A stretch of 64,000 nucleotides of DNA from Psammoneis japonica (lineage: Eukaryota), in contig QPGO01000038.1 of NCBI GenBank assembly GCA_008632985.1, positions 149,939-213,938 of the forward strand, written 5' to 3'. The stretch's first letter is position 1. Every line of letters starts with the position of its first letter. The notes beneath the pieces were generated by a model, which was given only the letters and a program-made list of their open reading frames with translations, did not search any database and was not told the DNA's origin. A program made the position numbers and the translations under genes. Below, piece by piece: positions 35,101-49,044 of the stretch.

Positions 35101-38100
35101 GTAGGCAACACGTTGTGACTCGAATCGTACACCCCTTCTTCCGCCGGCTGGAGCTCCGCAGTTCTTGCGGCCAAGCCATTGGGGCTGATGCTACCATCCT
35201 TAAGCCCTTTTGTAATACTTTCGTCTTCAAAAAGAGACGGAGAAGCTACGGCGAGCTTAACACCACTTGAATCGCGGCCGACCACTTGAAAGCCGAAGTT
35301 GCGACTAGCCGATGATACCAACGCACCCTCATCAGGGCTCTCGGCTTGATATTGAAACCCAGCAGGAGCACCATCAGGTCCGTCTTCTTCGATATGACCA
35401 TACAGGGTATCTTCATTCTTCACGTCCGAGCTTGTGTTGACTGCATGTTCGCTTCCGTTGTTTCCGTTTTCGTCATCGATTTCCACATGATAGTCTTCAG
35501 CTACCTTCTCCAACGGAGTACCACCTGGTGTGCTTAGCTCGCTGACAGTCCGCTTTCGGTGGAATATGTTGCCAACTGTCTTTGTGATAGCACCAGACCA
35601 TCCCGATGACTGGGACGTGACAGATTTTTCGCCTTCTTCGATGTTTTCTGTGAATTCTTTCTCCACAACCACAGTATGACAAAGGGCCATGACACGAAGG
35701 AACATTTCGGCGTTGAAAGTGAGCTTATCGCCCGAAGAAAGGGAAGGCATATCATCTTTACCAATCTGTCCAGATTCACCCAAACCCTCCAGGCCATCAC
35801 TAGGTTTCCGTCTTTGTGTCGACTCATCAGCATCGATACGGCCTACCAAAAGCTGACGCAATGGGTGAAAGGGGGTCTGCTCTTCCTCTTCCTCCTCTTG
35901 TGTCCCGTGAGGCTTGAACTTCTCGACTGGAGCCCCGAAAATCATTCCATCCACTGAACAACGCTTAAACCGCATCACATTCTGTGTCAACGTTCCTGTC
36001 TTGTCGCTGAATATGTACTGCACTTGCCCGAGATCCGTCACATTGGTACTTCTCGCAACAGCTCGGGTATCGGTCTTCTCGTGATACATATCTTGGTCCA
36101 GATTAACGAGAAAGATCATACAAAATGTCACCAGTTCGACCGTCACGTAGAGACTCAATGGGATGAAATTACTCAATAGTGTCACGTAAAGGAAGAATAG
36201 TTGCGCGTAGTTTGGAGTAGTGTCGTCCCATTTCGGGGGAGTATTGCCAAATGTTTCGACTGGAAGGTAAGGCCACGGTTCTGATGTATCGGTATTGAAT
36301 CCAAGGTACCTGGAAACAAGCGCGACATCGTGTAAGAAAAACGAAGTCAATCATCGTAGGACACAACCAGAGAAAAGCTCGACTTACCAAAGATCAATTA
36401 CAGTGTTATTATTGGCAGCAGTCGCAAAGCCTGCCAAGCATCCAATGCATACAATCATGACAATCAAAATCAGCTTCACGGTCAAGTTCATGAGTTTGTC
36501 GAGTTTTGAGAATTTGGATGGCGTTTCAAATGAGTTCTGCACCAGCTTGGTATCCGTCCCCGTAAAGACAGCCAAACCAATGACCCATTCAGTATTTCTC
36601 AGCAAAGCTCCGCGCAACAATACATTCTCAGCATTGAGAGGAATATCAATGCTTGGACCCTCCGGACGGACGGGAGGCAAAGTAAGTTTACCGCTATAGG
36701 TGTTGACCGAAGCATTGGGAGGCTCGGATGTCAGCGTGCCAACATAATGTTTAGGACCACCCTCGTCCCTGGACCAAATTCACGGGCCGAACGACGACGT
36801 TCTATCTTCCCTCAATATTCTTAAATATGTCTTTCACACTCATTCGCGACGTTGGTTGCTCGTCGTCATCCGAATCCGAGTCGAGCGCTTCTACAGGATT
36901 GGCTGGATTCTCCACCGCAGGAACACCGTTGGATACGCCAAATGAGAGAACCGTACTATGCGCTTGGTAGCTTGTTCAAGACTTTCCACGCGTACGTGTT
37001 TGTTGTTGTTGCTGTTTGACATCATGGCCGAGTTTGTATTATTGTCGCCGCCGTCGTTTGAAGGCGATGATACACTATCCTGTCGCGCCTTTCTCAGGAC
37101 GGCACTGGGCAAGTGAGGGCTGGTCCGGAGCTTGAGATTCGTTTCGCCGTCAATAGAACTAGTCTCCACGTAGGCGTTTCCATTATCCGACGACGACGCC
37201 AGCAGAATCAAATCAGCCGGGATCATGTCCCGGTTCCGCACCAATACTAAATGTCCAGAACGAATGTTTCGTCGCATTACCGATTCAAACGCCACTGGGA
37301 TAGTTGTGGCATTCTGTCCTTTCGGTGGTTTCGCGTGATTGCTTTTTTCAAAATACTGCTGCTTGAGTCCTACATCGACATCGGTTCCAGCCAGCACCGT
37401 CTCGTCACGCATGCCTTCTTCTCCTTCCATGTCAATAGCTCTCCTCAACACGACGCAGCGATAGTCATTGGTCTCTCTGTCTGATTTGTGACGCTGAACA
37501 TCAGCATATCCTTCTTGCAAGAGAGAAATGGTCAACACAAGAGCTAGAGGCCCCCAAGTCGTCCACGGAGAAATTGCCGAGTCAAAGGCGTCCGTGTAGT
37601 AACCCACAGCCATGATACCTCCAATAATTAGAAAGTACAAGTTGGCAATACGGCGGAATTGTTCGCGAATGGCCTAGAAAACAGAGAAATAGCAAGACAA
37701 CGAGTAGGTTAGACCTGATATTCAAGTTTAGGAGTAGACACTGGTAATCGGTGGATCGTGATTAGACGCTTGTGCTAACATCGCATTGCCGCGACAAAAT
37801 CAAAAAATACCGCAGTTCTGTTTCGGTCGCCACAACGAATTACGCAACACAGTATTATCGTTACCCATTCGAGTATCCTTCATATGAATGGGACACAGTC
37901 GCAAATCATCGTCTCGTGTTGCATATGCACTGTCCTTGGCGAATCTGTCGCAAACATGCTCGCCGTACAAGTCTACGTGCATTTCTGTACTTACCACCGG
38001 CAAAAAGGTCAACATGGTGTACTTTGACGTCGATATGGAATTGTCGCATCGTTCAAAATCAGGCAGACCCGTCACGACAATGCGATCTGCCGTCTCGACT

Positions 38101-38120
38101 TCTTTTTTTCGAAAGCCCAT
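32110..38120 (-). CDS. Phospholipid-transporting P4-type ATPase (flippase), multi-exon, with apparent frameshifts
   Basis: DNSISTSKYT, ETSSIDGETNLK, FIPLSLYV, FSDKTGTLT, AESPDEGALV, FDSDRKRMS, GATAIEDKLQ, WVLTGDK, CRVSPKQK, GDGANDVGMIQ. GT-AG introns at ~37674-37994, ~36310-36386 and ~32640-32724. Frame breaks near 36750-36930 and ~33990. Confidence 0.95.
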
Positions 38121-38459
38121 GGTTCACAGCTGCTGCCAAGCTGGAACAAGCAGCGTGGACAATGTTGTGGTGTGTTTCTGTGTGTTTTGTTTTTGTGCGC
38201 CTCGCTCCAAGAAGCAAGAATTGTGCGAGCACGTTGAATTCTACATGTTGCAGTACATTGTCGCGGAAAGATCGCGCGAGAACAACCGGGAAGCAAATGG
38301 CGCGCGCATTTTCTGCAAGCCCGGCGCATGATCGCCAAAGTGACCCGGAAACTGAAGCACGACGTCACGTCCCGCGCGGGAAACAAAAACACGCGAGAGC
38401 AAAAATAACACGACACACAAACACGACCCTCAGCATAATTATTTTTTGTTGTTGCAACA
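38121..38459. promoter_or_regulatory. Short divergent (probably bidirectional) promoter region between the P4-ATPase and the downstream + strand gene
   Basis: Head-to-head starts ~340 bp apart; the region is CpG-rich (cgcgcg, cgacgtcacgt). Positional inference only. Confidence 0.45.
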
Positions 38460-39590
38460 ATGATGCAAGAATCGAGTCCTTATGCGTACTCGACCGACAT
38501 TGAAGAGGCCAATAAGCGTCATGATGTGACACAAGAAGCCTTAAAGGTCATGGGTGACTTGATAGATGGAGCATCACGTGGACTGGAGGAGTTGGAAGAC
38601 AATCACATGCTTGGAAGTGCGATTGTAAGAAAATGCCAAGAACTAGCAGATGTGATTGGAGACTTGTCGAAACAAATGCAGAATAAAGACGAACAAAGAG
38701 CATTGGCACAAGCTTGTTTAAAAGATGGTGTCCTGATGGAGCACGGCGGCGAAGAAGAATTGACCGAGACAGACATGATGAATGCCTTATCGGGTGCAGC
38801 ATCTCTGCTTGAAGATGTCGAGGCTGCTCTAAGGAGTGTGGGACAAGACGAGGCGGATGAAATTGCGGATGCAGCATTGATTGCCTCGAGGCTCTTTATT
38901 TCATTATTGCAGTCGTCATATCATACATTGCTGGCTCCTCCTCCACCGCTGCAAGAGTCCGATCGTATTGAAATGCTCGATGACGAAGACGAAGCGAAAA
39001 CCGAGTACACATCTCGATCTACAACCCGTAGTGCTGATCCAAGGTTCAAGAGTAATCGCGTTCGAGCCTTATGGCCGCCGTTGGGCCCAGCCGTAGCGTC
39101 GGTGTTACAATGGAGCAAGGACGCGGCCTTGCAGCAGCCCATCATGGCCGTAGCTTTGGGCCTTACAATGTGGCCTGCTGCGATTGTCACCGCCTTTGTC
39201 GGCACGCCCATTCTAATTACGGATGGACTGATTCAACATGTCTACGACAATGCCCAGGATGGCCCATTGGTTCAGACGCTTGAATATGGGGCTACCCAAG
39301 TTGTACAAAGCGCCAAGGTAGCTTTGTTGTGCACCGGACTAGTGTTTCGTCAGGCGAATCGAGTAGCCAAACGGCAGTTGGATCGACACGGAGGCGTGGA
39401 GAATGTTACCAAGGAGGCTTTTGGATTTTGTATTGATCGAGTCACGCATCCTGTTGACACCGTATGTCAAAGTGTACAAGGAATCTCGTGGGGCTTTGGT
39501 GTCGTGCGAGACGCGGCCTTGTATGTCCACCAACTGGCATCGCAAGAAATGGAAAAGGAAATGGACAAGACCTGTCAGACCTTGCAATAA
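38460..39590 (+). CDS. Hypothetical protein (helical N-terminus, hydrophobic hairpin at about aa 225-255)
   Basis: 376-aa uninterrupted ORF with normal amino-acid composition; aataaa overlaps the stop. Confidence 0.8.
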   Translation: MMQESSPYAYSTDIEEANKRHDVTQEALKVMGDLIDGASRGLEELEDNHMLGSAIVRKCQELADVIGDLSKQMQNKDEQRALAQACLKDGVLMEHGGEEELTETDMMNALSGAASLLEDVEAALRSVGQDEADEIADAALIASRLFISLLQSSYHTLLAPPPPLQESDRIEMLDDEDEAKTEYTSRSTTRSADPRFKSNRVRALWPPLGPAVASVLQWSKDAALQQPIMAVALGLTMWPAAIVTAFVGTPILITDGLIQHVYDNAQDGPLVQTLEYGATQVVQSAKVALLCTGLVFRQANRVAKRQLDRHGGVENVTKEAFGFCIDRVTHPVDTVCQSVQGISWGFGVVRDAALYVHQLASQEMEKEMDKTCQTLQ

Positions 39591-39699
39591 AAGTAATAAG
39601 CTACACAAATCAACCATATATATGTACTGTTCATTCTTTCTTACTCCAAGTCACAAGCATCAGATGCTTGCTTGCTTGCAGTAGCATCTAGAAACTCAA

Positions 39700-42600
39700 G
39701 ACGACAACCTGTGGCCACTGCTGTAGATCAGAATAATCAACAGGCATTTTGATTTGGAGGCCTTTGTTCTGCCGCAGCAACTCCTAGGTGAAAAGCCGCA
39801 ATGAGAGGTTTTTCCTTCATTCATGCTACGAAGCCAACAGTCAAAAGGAACACCAAACAATGGCGTGCAGAAGCTCAACACTGAACACAAGCCAGTCTGA
39901 GTCCTTTTGGTGCCAGGAGAGTTCGTGTCAAGATCTGCAACATCACAATGTCCCAATTGCAGCACCATGTGTCCATTCAACACCAGCTGAATCACTTTGG
40001 GCAGTGGTGGATGGGCAGAGCCACTGGTTTGTGGCATGACCCACTGCACAGAACTTCTTGTCACCTCATTGATGTGCCCTTTCAGCAAGTTTGCAAGCCG
40101 GCAATTTCCATTGTCAACAAACAATGTTCCCAACCTTTTTGGAGAAACCCACACACCAAATTGTGCCACACAATGCACATCTCTGGCTCAACTGGGTTTG
40201 CACACAAGTTTGTGGCTGGGCAGCACACCTTCTCACCAGCCTGGACAGACTTTGAGTTGTCATCAGTGAATTTCAACAATGAGGATGTGTTTCACCCCAG
40301 GTGAGAAAAGTTTTGACAGCGTGCAAGGTTTTCTGTGCATTTCCATGTTTGCCATGCACATTTGGCACCAAAGTCATTTACAAAAAATCAAGCTCCAGAA
40401 AAAAGATGTGACTTTTGTTCATGTCTGACATTGCAGATCAAGTGCCAAAAAGGGCATGCCATGCCACCACCACAAACTTGACAAATCTCAAGCCAATGGT
40501 CATCACAATGGGATGAGAAGACAAGGACACCAGCCAAGACAGGCCACACATCTCTTTCACTTTCCCTCCCTGATGGCTCAGTGGGTTTTTACAAAGTGCA
40601 CATCTCTGCCATCTTGATGACAACCAGCTGCAAACAACAACACATGCCTTGATGATGTGTTGGCGTGTCTTTTGTGGCATGCATCATCTGCAATTTGAGC
40701 TGTTGTGAATGACGATGGCAAGTGGCACCATGAACTCAACAAATCATGGCACCTGCAAAAGAGCAACCCAGCACTCAGGTTTGAGGATGTGTGGGGATCA
40801 ACAAGCCCATGGATGAGCACAACAGGTCTGCTGATGTTGCAAAGCAGAGCAACGGTGCTGGTGGTCTCTCTTGCACTTCACACCAAGGTGGAATTTTGAG
40901 ATCTTGTCTGTGTTTGCCACTGGTCCTGCTTCTGCCACTCCAGTCAAGAACTGGGGTTGCTCATCAACCACAAAAATTTGATGCTGCTCTTTCAAAGCTC
41001 TTGCACAGCTCACTCCAGGAGGCTCCCACACAGGTTGACTAATTGGCAGATCTTTGTTGAAAGGTGGCCAGCCATGCATGGACATGCGCGCTGCACCAGC
41101 AGCAGCTCTCACTGCTTTTCTTAAAAAAACAGAGTCAGAGGAGCACTTTCATGAAGAGTGCTGGGGGCATTTGCTGAAAAAACAGTCAGACACGACAATG
41201 GAAGAAAACAAAAACAGTGGCTGAAAAGCACCACAGCAAAAGCAGCCATGTGCAGTGTCTCACAATTTTCTTGTGAAAAAATCTGCCTCCCAGGGATTGT
41301 TCTTTTGTCACCCCTCACACCCTCAAAGCAATGAAAATGATGGCCAGCACTTTTCAAAGCAAACAACCTGAGCAAAACAGTGACAAGAAAATTGGGAAGA
41401 GCCTTTTGGGCTTGCTTGCACAAGCTGCAGGGTGACAGAAAGAGAGGGTGGGCACAAATGCCCCACACCTCCGCACGCACTTTTCACCTGGGATGAAAAT
41501 GCATCCAAGTCAGTTGCTGGCTAAAAGTTGCAAAAAAAAAACATGTGGGTCAGCAGCTGATTCTGAACAATCAGCAGCCAATGTCCCAGCTGCAAAAGTT
41601 TGAGCACATGCAGAGTGCAGCTCAGACAAAACACAGCAGGTTTGACTTCTTGCTGCTCTTCATGCTCCTTCTCTTCTTTTTCTTTGCAGTTGTCACTGCC
41701 TGCATGCAATGCTCCAAAGACAGGGCTTTTTGTGTGCACTTCTTTTGCTCTCTAAAAAGTGCTGCAAGGACAAACTTTTTTGCTTCAGACTCAGAGTCTG
41801 GAGCTCTGTGCCTTTCTTTCAGGCAAAAGAATTTTGTTGTCCTTTGTCAAATGTGCCAAAAAGAACAGATCTCTGTGCTCAGCCAACTGTGTTCCAAGTC
41901 TCTTCTGTGTTTTGTAAATTGAGCATGTGTTGCCAAGCCTGGCTTTGAAACTCTCAAATGCAAGCAGTGCCACCTTCTGCACAAAACGCAGCTGCCAATG
42001 GGGCGGCATCATTCACCACACATTGTGTCCCTGCAGCTCCTGCAGTTCAGGCACTTCAAGATCAGCTTTGCTTTGCCAACCAAAAAGGATTTTGAGAGCC
42101 AAAAACAAGTGCATCTGGGCCATTTGGCACATCCATCTGTGAGGTCCCAGACAACCAGGAACACTTTGTGCGACATTTTTTTCCAGGTGGGTGTTGGTTG
42201 TGGTGGCATCTTGTTTAGAAGAATCTGAGAGAGACGCACAACACATGTTTTGACAATGTTCTGTCAACCATGTCATCTAAAACCCCAGCTTCAACCAACA
42301 TTGTTTGGTTGTTTCCACAATGACCACCCCAAATTTGGCTGTCAAATCTCTGATGCAAGTCACTCTGAGCAGTCCACAGATCATGTCAACAGGCCATTCT
42401 CCAATGACTCGAACACTTTGTGTGACACATTTCCATGCAACAATTCTTGCCCAGAATGACCACATGCAGCAGGTGGCAGTGCAGCCATTTTCAGCAAGGG
42501 ATGCAATTGTCCTTCATGAAGATGCTGGTTGATTTGTGAAACCTTGTCAACAGCACTCTTCATTTGACAATTGTGTGCTTTGAGTTTTCAGGATTTGCTT

Positions 42601-44290
42601 TGCAAATGGGGTGTGCTTCCATGAACACACCACATTTGGAACAAAGCTTTGCTGACGTGTGTGTTGTTTGAATGAGATCTGTGGTGCACCAGGGCTGTCA
42701 CTCCTTTGGAGTCAAGTGAGAGGGGCAAGTTTTGCATTTGCTTGCTCAGAGTGCAGCTTGGGATGAAGAGATGACAGAACTCAGGACTGAAAGACTCCAA
42801 TTGACAGAGTTCAATTTTTTTGTTCAAGTCTGCAATTTCAGACTCACTCTCATCAGGGGCAAAAGGGTCCTCATCTGCACCCCCAGCTTTTGCAGTTGAG
42901 CTTCAAGCTCCTTCAAATGACATGTTTCAACCTTGTCAGGTGCATCTTGTGAAAACTGTGCACTGACGCAAACACAATGCTGTGCTTGTTGTGAGGATCT
43001 TTGTGATTTTTTTCACAAGCATGAGAACCAAACTCAAATGGTTCATTGGTGCACAAGCTTTGACAGCAGGATCCAGGTGTTTTTGCATCTTTTGTTTCTG
43101 CTGGATCCAGCTCCTGACTTGTGTCACTGTTTCTTTCAACAACATTGCATCTGGCTGTTTTGAAATGATGCACACACTCTTCATTGTGTGAAGAGCTCAC
43201 GCCAAAAAAAGTGGCAGAAATGTGCTCCAGTCCCAGGTGACGCACAAAACGACATTCTCTTTTGAGCACAATGTGTGCAAACTTTGTTTGTCAAGGCTGT
43301 TTGTTGAAAATGCTTGTGCATTCTGGCTCCCACATTTGATGAGAGTGCAGACATTAAATTGATTTTTTTTGTCGGTGTTCAAGTCTTCATGGAACATGCA
43401 TCACAAAATTTTCTCATGCAGAAACAATGCTGGCTGTGTGTCAGCACTTGTTTTGCAGAGAATTTGGTGTGAGAGCAGGCCACCACCACACAAAATGTGC
43501 ACAGAAACATTTTGTGTTGACCTTTTCAAACAGTGACAGCACATGGACATTCAAAAAATTTGGCAAAAACATCAAAATTTTGACAAATCTCTGTGCTTTT
43601 GGGTGGCGAAAGCTTGTTTGCAAGTCAGAGGCCACACAAAAATTGTGCAAAGAATGTTGGTTTTATGCATGTTTTTGGCTCATGTGTGGCTGGAATGCAT
43701 TGGCACTGTGACTCCCATTTTTGGACAAGAAAAATGGGTGAGCTGACTTTGCACATGATTTTTTTTGTGACGCCGCTTCAAAGATCGGCTGATTTGTCAA
43801 TCTGTGTGGAACACTTGAGTGAACAAGAAAACAACAACACTCTAAAATTTTGGCATCAAAGTTCTCAACACTCTTGCCTTCTTTGTTGTGATGGCAGTTG
43901 GTGCAAGAATGGGCGAGTCAACGGCGACGGCAGAGACATGAGAAACAAACAGAGCGAGAGCACATCTTTGTTGTGTGGAGCTCGATTTTTTTACACAGAT
44001 TTGGTGAAAAACATTGTGTGTTGTGCCAAAGTTGTCACACAGTACCTCACACTCAGAGTGTGGCAGCACTGCCTTCAGACTTGGGCTTTCGGAGTCGCAA
44101 CACTGGCCTCGTGTTGTTGTGTTTTTAGCGGTCGACTCGCTTTTCGCTAAAAAAATTCTCTCTTGCGGCCGCTGTCTCGCGCGTTTCATGCGCGTTTTCT
44201 GCGATCTTATCCTGCATGCAATCTTTGAATAGATCTGCGATCTGCGATGTGAAGAACACTTGGTGAGTTGCCACAAGTGGTGTCGCAACG
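39700..44290 (-). mobile_element. Degenerate TpA-depleted TE relic, probably a DNA transposon
   Basis: Composition switches abruptly to TpA-poor. Minus-strand fragments at ~42000-42250 read SLSDSSKQDATTT...VWDLTDGCAK...GAAGH, resembling the xDGCAxQY...GHGK core seen in some DNA-transposon transposases. Ends are approximate. Confidence 0.6.
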
Positions 44291-44419
44291 CTCACTGAAG
44301 TCTCTTTTCATTGCAGAAGGCTAGGGCCCTAATCAATTAATCAAGCACGCTCAATGCGTTCCAGCTACTCTAGAGAGCAAACTCATTGAAGTACCGTAAC
44401 TGGGAAACAGGCTCTCACT

Positions 44420-47400
44420 ATGAGTTCAGCGACATCGACATCGAGCCCAGTCGCTTCAAAGAAGAAAGCAGAAGAAGCGTTGAATTCGAAAGAAAAGAAC
44501 ACTGGACAGAATGATCATGGCGAAGCAATTCCCCTTCTTCGCGCCTTGGACCAAAGGGTGCGCAGCCTCGAGGCACAGATAGCGGCGGCTGAAAGCAAAC
44601 CAAACGAAAGCAAGGACAGCAAGGATCTACCCCAATACACTGAAAGCAAACCAAACGAAAGCAAGGACAACAAGGCTCTACTCCCCGAAGACACTTTTAG
44701 CGCTTTTGTCTACGTGAGAGCTTGGAGCCCTTTCTTTCTTATCGCCGTATTTACTTCCATTGTCCAGTTTGCCACCCTATCGTTCCTGACAGTCGATCTA
44801 TTCAATTCAGAGGAAAGCACCGAAGATAACCCTCTTGGAATTCCTGCTGGTGTCGAATGGCCCGTGACAGCGAGTCAGGCTCTGGCTCTAATCATCGCAG
44901 TAGCGAGCCAGACTGATGTTTTGTGGTCCTTGAATCTTCTCTTCAATGGATATCCCAAAGATCTAGACAAGATGGTAGATCAAGACATCTTGAAGGATAC
45001 CGCCCGGCTTAAATTCAGATGGTTCTTCTCCTTGCATTTCCGTTTAATTGAAGGTTGCTTTGGTCTCGTCGTTACCTTTTTTCTGGTGGTTAGATCGGAA
45101 ACTGTAAGGGACGTCTTACTCAACTTTACCGCGGTTGAGTTTGTTGCCAACATTGATAATGGCGTGTTTCTGTTGGCCAAGTGGGGCTACTTTGGATCCA
45201 AGGTTATGAATGTTGCCGAGGAGGACATTGTGAGCGACAATACCTTTGAAGTGGTGCATGGTGACAATGTTGAGGAGGCTGTCACACCGAACTGTACCCA
45301 TCGGCATTGGCGTAATTCAGGAATTCTCCTTGCGATTCTACTCATAACCCTTGGGTTTTGGATCTGGATTGTTGGGAAGCAGACGTCAGGAGCATATGTT
45401 GCAGATATGATCTTTGTCCAGTTAGGAGACGAATTCGATCCTGCTTTGGGAACCTTCAGCGGAGTATATTATCACCGAGGAACCAAGGACGGCCGCGTAC
45501 GGTACGTTGAACACTCGTGGGGAAAGGCCTCTTTTCGTTATTGCAAGGCCGCGACTGCATGGACCTTTTCCTACGGGCGAAGCGAAAACGAGTGCAACTG
45601 GCACGTAAGAAGCGCAGAAACGAAGACCTTTGACCTGTTTTCCACAGATCCTTTCGGATGGGAAACCGGCCGTGATGGATTTGAAATTCCGCTTGATCAC
45701 TTCGTTTTGTCGACGTACGAAGAAAGTGACTGCACGAACGGGCTGTTCTGCGAGCTCAACGAGCCATGTGAGTCTGTCTTGGTTGATAAGAGGCACGGGG
45801 GCTTTCCAGACACTCGCGATTGGCCTGGTCAGTTTCAGGTGCTGCCTGATTTGCGGGTGTACGACCGCCCAGTCTACTACAATGAATCCGGTGCAGCGCG
45901 TTTTGACGTCATAATATTCACTGGGAGGCGCTGGATTCTGACTTCTATTGCAAACCTGACGACCCGAGATGAACTTGCGGACTCTTTAGATGGCTTTCAC
46001 GCGCACTCTGAGAAATACCCATTCGTAGCTTCATTCGTTAGCGGGCCGGTAGATATCGACACACCGAGACACTCTTCGTCTCCCGACAACCTTGAATGGT
46101 TTCGCAGCAAAGGCATCGCTAATAGCGTGGAGCATGACGATAGTGGTGCTGTCCAGACTTGGTTGTTGTGCAATAGATGCAGTGACTCCGATATGTGTCT
46201 CAATTTCGGTATCTGTTCTGATGACAAGTGCGTCTGCGATGCTGGATCTCATGGCGTAGCATGTGAGATCCCGCCTGTTGGCAATGGTCTATGTAATCTG
46301 CAGTTTAACACTGCCAGTTATGCATTCGATGATGGAGACTGCTGTGAGTCCACATGCATCAACAGTGAAGAATTTACGTGCGGCAGAGATGCGACCGGTT
46401 ATGGTTCCTTTGAGAACTACTTCTGCAAAAATATTTCTTCATATATGATGCGTGGCGGCTCGATGGTGTCATTGGCGAAGAAAGCAATGGGAAATGTGAA
46501 GGCTTCATGGATACATCGGTGGCGCTCTCAGCAACAGGTAAGACCTTGGCTATTGGCTATCCAGAATTGGGCGTCGTGAGGATTTATGACAAGCGTGGCT
46601 CTCAATGGCAGCAGCGTGGATCAGACCTGCAAGGAAGTGGCATTTCTTCGTTCGGATCCATGCTTGCAATGTCAGAAGGTACGCCAGGTGCCGTTGACAA
46701 CCCAATGAAAAAAGTAACGCATTATCTTGCTGTTGGTTCTGAGCAAAACGTGCGGATGTACAAGTGTGGTAGCAAGGGCTGCGACTTGGATAGGAGAGAT
46801 AGACCTGTCAACACATCGCAAATCGCATCCACACCGATTGCGATGTCAGGTGACGGTCGCTTCCTGGCCGTAAAAGAGAGTGAAGGGGTTTTGCGCATCT
46901 ATGAGCGACGCAAAAGTGTGTGGGAGGCTCGAGATCCACCTACATCTAATCCGGCCTTTCAGGGGGCAGACTACCTTGCATTTGCTTCCAAAGGTGCTAA
47001 TGAAACGTTTCTGGCTGTTGGGACGACGATTAACACAGACGCGATCGGTCTTAGCACCCAGCTTTTCAAACTAGCTCTTGGTGACATGGAAGTACGTCTG
47101 TCCCCTGTTGGTCCGTCTGTGGAATCGAACATCCAAAAAGAATGGAAGAAGTCCATAGCCCTTTCGGACGACGGGTCGGTGCTTGCGCTTTTGTCTTATT
47201 TCAACGCTAGCAAAACCGAGTGCAAGGTGTTTCAAGCTGCGAACGACCCAGAAAAAGGGTGGCATGAAAGGCCGGTTCCATTACTATTTGGTTTAGCATA
47301 CCATCACGGTCTATCTGGCGATGGATCAGTCCTTGTTGTCGAAAGTTTGAACCCACATCCTCGTGGAATTCGGTCATTCAAATGGAACGGAACCGCGTAT

Positions 47401-49044
47401 GGTGATTACTTATCATTCATCCCAAAGGATCGACTTACAAGAGCACTTGCTCTCTCCGCAGACGGGAAAACACTGGCTTTCAAAGATTGCAGTTCGAACA
47501 AAGTATCAATTTACAGGGCTCCATCGCCTTCCTGCTCAAGTGAAAGTAAAAGTCTTCGTCTTTCCTTCACGACAGGTGACTCATCGGAAAGAATGAAATG
47601 GTCTATCGTCACAGCTTCTGGAGAAGAACTGCTTTCTGGAGGTCCTTACATTGTCGACCAGGAGATCGACGAGGCAAGCACCGGTGATTCGTTCGTCTAT
47701 GAAACTTGTGTCTCCGAAGCAAAATGCAAAGAGCTCTAGATTATGGCCTCCAATGAAAGTGTCACTGCTTCGATGGGACGATTTGCAGTATATTTCGATG
47801 GGAAAAACGTCACCGATGAGGCTGAAGATGGAGAAAGCGGCGAATCCTGCTTAGTGAAAGTCTTATGGAACTACAGTGACCACGGTGACGGATATTATCG
47901 ACACGAAGACCAAGCACTATCACAAAGTACTTCTAACGTCGGCGGCACTTCCAATAAAGTTGCCATCCACGATGGCATACTAGCGGTAATGGCCTCGACG
48001 GGATTGTTTGTGTACTCGAGGAACGCATCATCTGGGCTATGGGATCAAGAGGCGGGGCTACCGCGGCTGCATCAATCACATTTTTTTCTAGGAGGCATTG
48101 CCATCCACAATGACACTGTTGCTGCCGCTGGCAAGCGCCATTGGTCGTCGAAAAACGACACTGTTATTGTGATCTCAAAGAATGCAACAAGTCAGGCATG
48201 GGAAAGCCAATCATATATTGTGAGCTCTGAATCTACTAATGCCGGTTTAGATGATACGTCGGGTGCCGTTGCCATATTTGGAAACACCATAGTTTTTGGC
48301 ATATCCCGGCCGATTCCCGACGATGTGCGGTACTGGGAGGGCGAGACAGCTGGTCACGCGCTAGTCTTTGAGAAAAATGAAGTGGGAGTGAACAATTGGA
48401 ACGAAACAGCCAGGTTTACTTCCTCCGTTGGGACAGCTGGAGATTTGTTTGGTGCGTCAGTGGCCATTTACAACAACACCATAGTCATCGGATCCAGTGG
48501 GATCAGTGCAGCTGGATCGTTATCGGGAAGGGCTCATGTGTTTGATAGAAACGATGTCGGCGTCTGGAATGAAACGGCCGTGTTGTCGGTCTTTAATGCA
48601 TTTGGGTATGATTCCTTTGGGACTGCTGTTTCTATTGATGGTAACTTCATTGTAGTCGGCGCAAGCCAACGTAACAGTGAGAGCAGTTTTCTTCAAGGGG
48701 CTGCGTTCGTCTATAGCAGGAATCCGAGCAGTGGCGCCTGGAACGAAGAAGCAGTTCTCATGGCATCGGATGGGTCGTCCTATGACTATTTTGGATCCTC
48801 GGTTGCCATTGTTGGCGATACTATAGTTGTAGGCGCTCCTGGAGATGACGACAATGGCAAAGATTCAGGTTCGGCATATTTGTTTACAAGGAATGTTACT
48901 ACTGGCGAGTGGGCCGAAACTGCTAAATTGTCTGCGTCAAATGGCTCGTCTGATGACGGGTTCGGGACGGATGTTGCTCTCGACGATACCTGGATCATCA
49001 TTGCCTGTTCAGGGCGCTATGGTGTGTACGTCTTTCGTGTGTAG
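44420..49044 (+). CDS. Large multi-TM surface protein with EGF-like and LNR-like Cys motifs plus FG-GAP/beta-propeller repeats; broken by a frameshift (~46440) and an in-frame TAG (47737-47739)
   Basis: CVCDAGSHGVACE (EGF-like); GNGLCNLQFNT...DDGDCCESTC; repeated FG.SVAI....IVVGA (FG-GAP); ORFs 46507..47739 and 47743..49044 are in the same frame. May be a pseudogene or contain assembly errors. Confidence 0.8.

Noticed and set aside
39700..44290. TIR pair cgacaacctgtggccact (~39702) / revcomp cgacaccacttgtggcaact (~44268-44287)
   Set aside because: The match is short and gapped and no TSD could be fixed, so it was not used to define ends.
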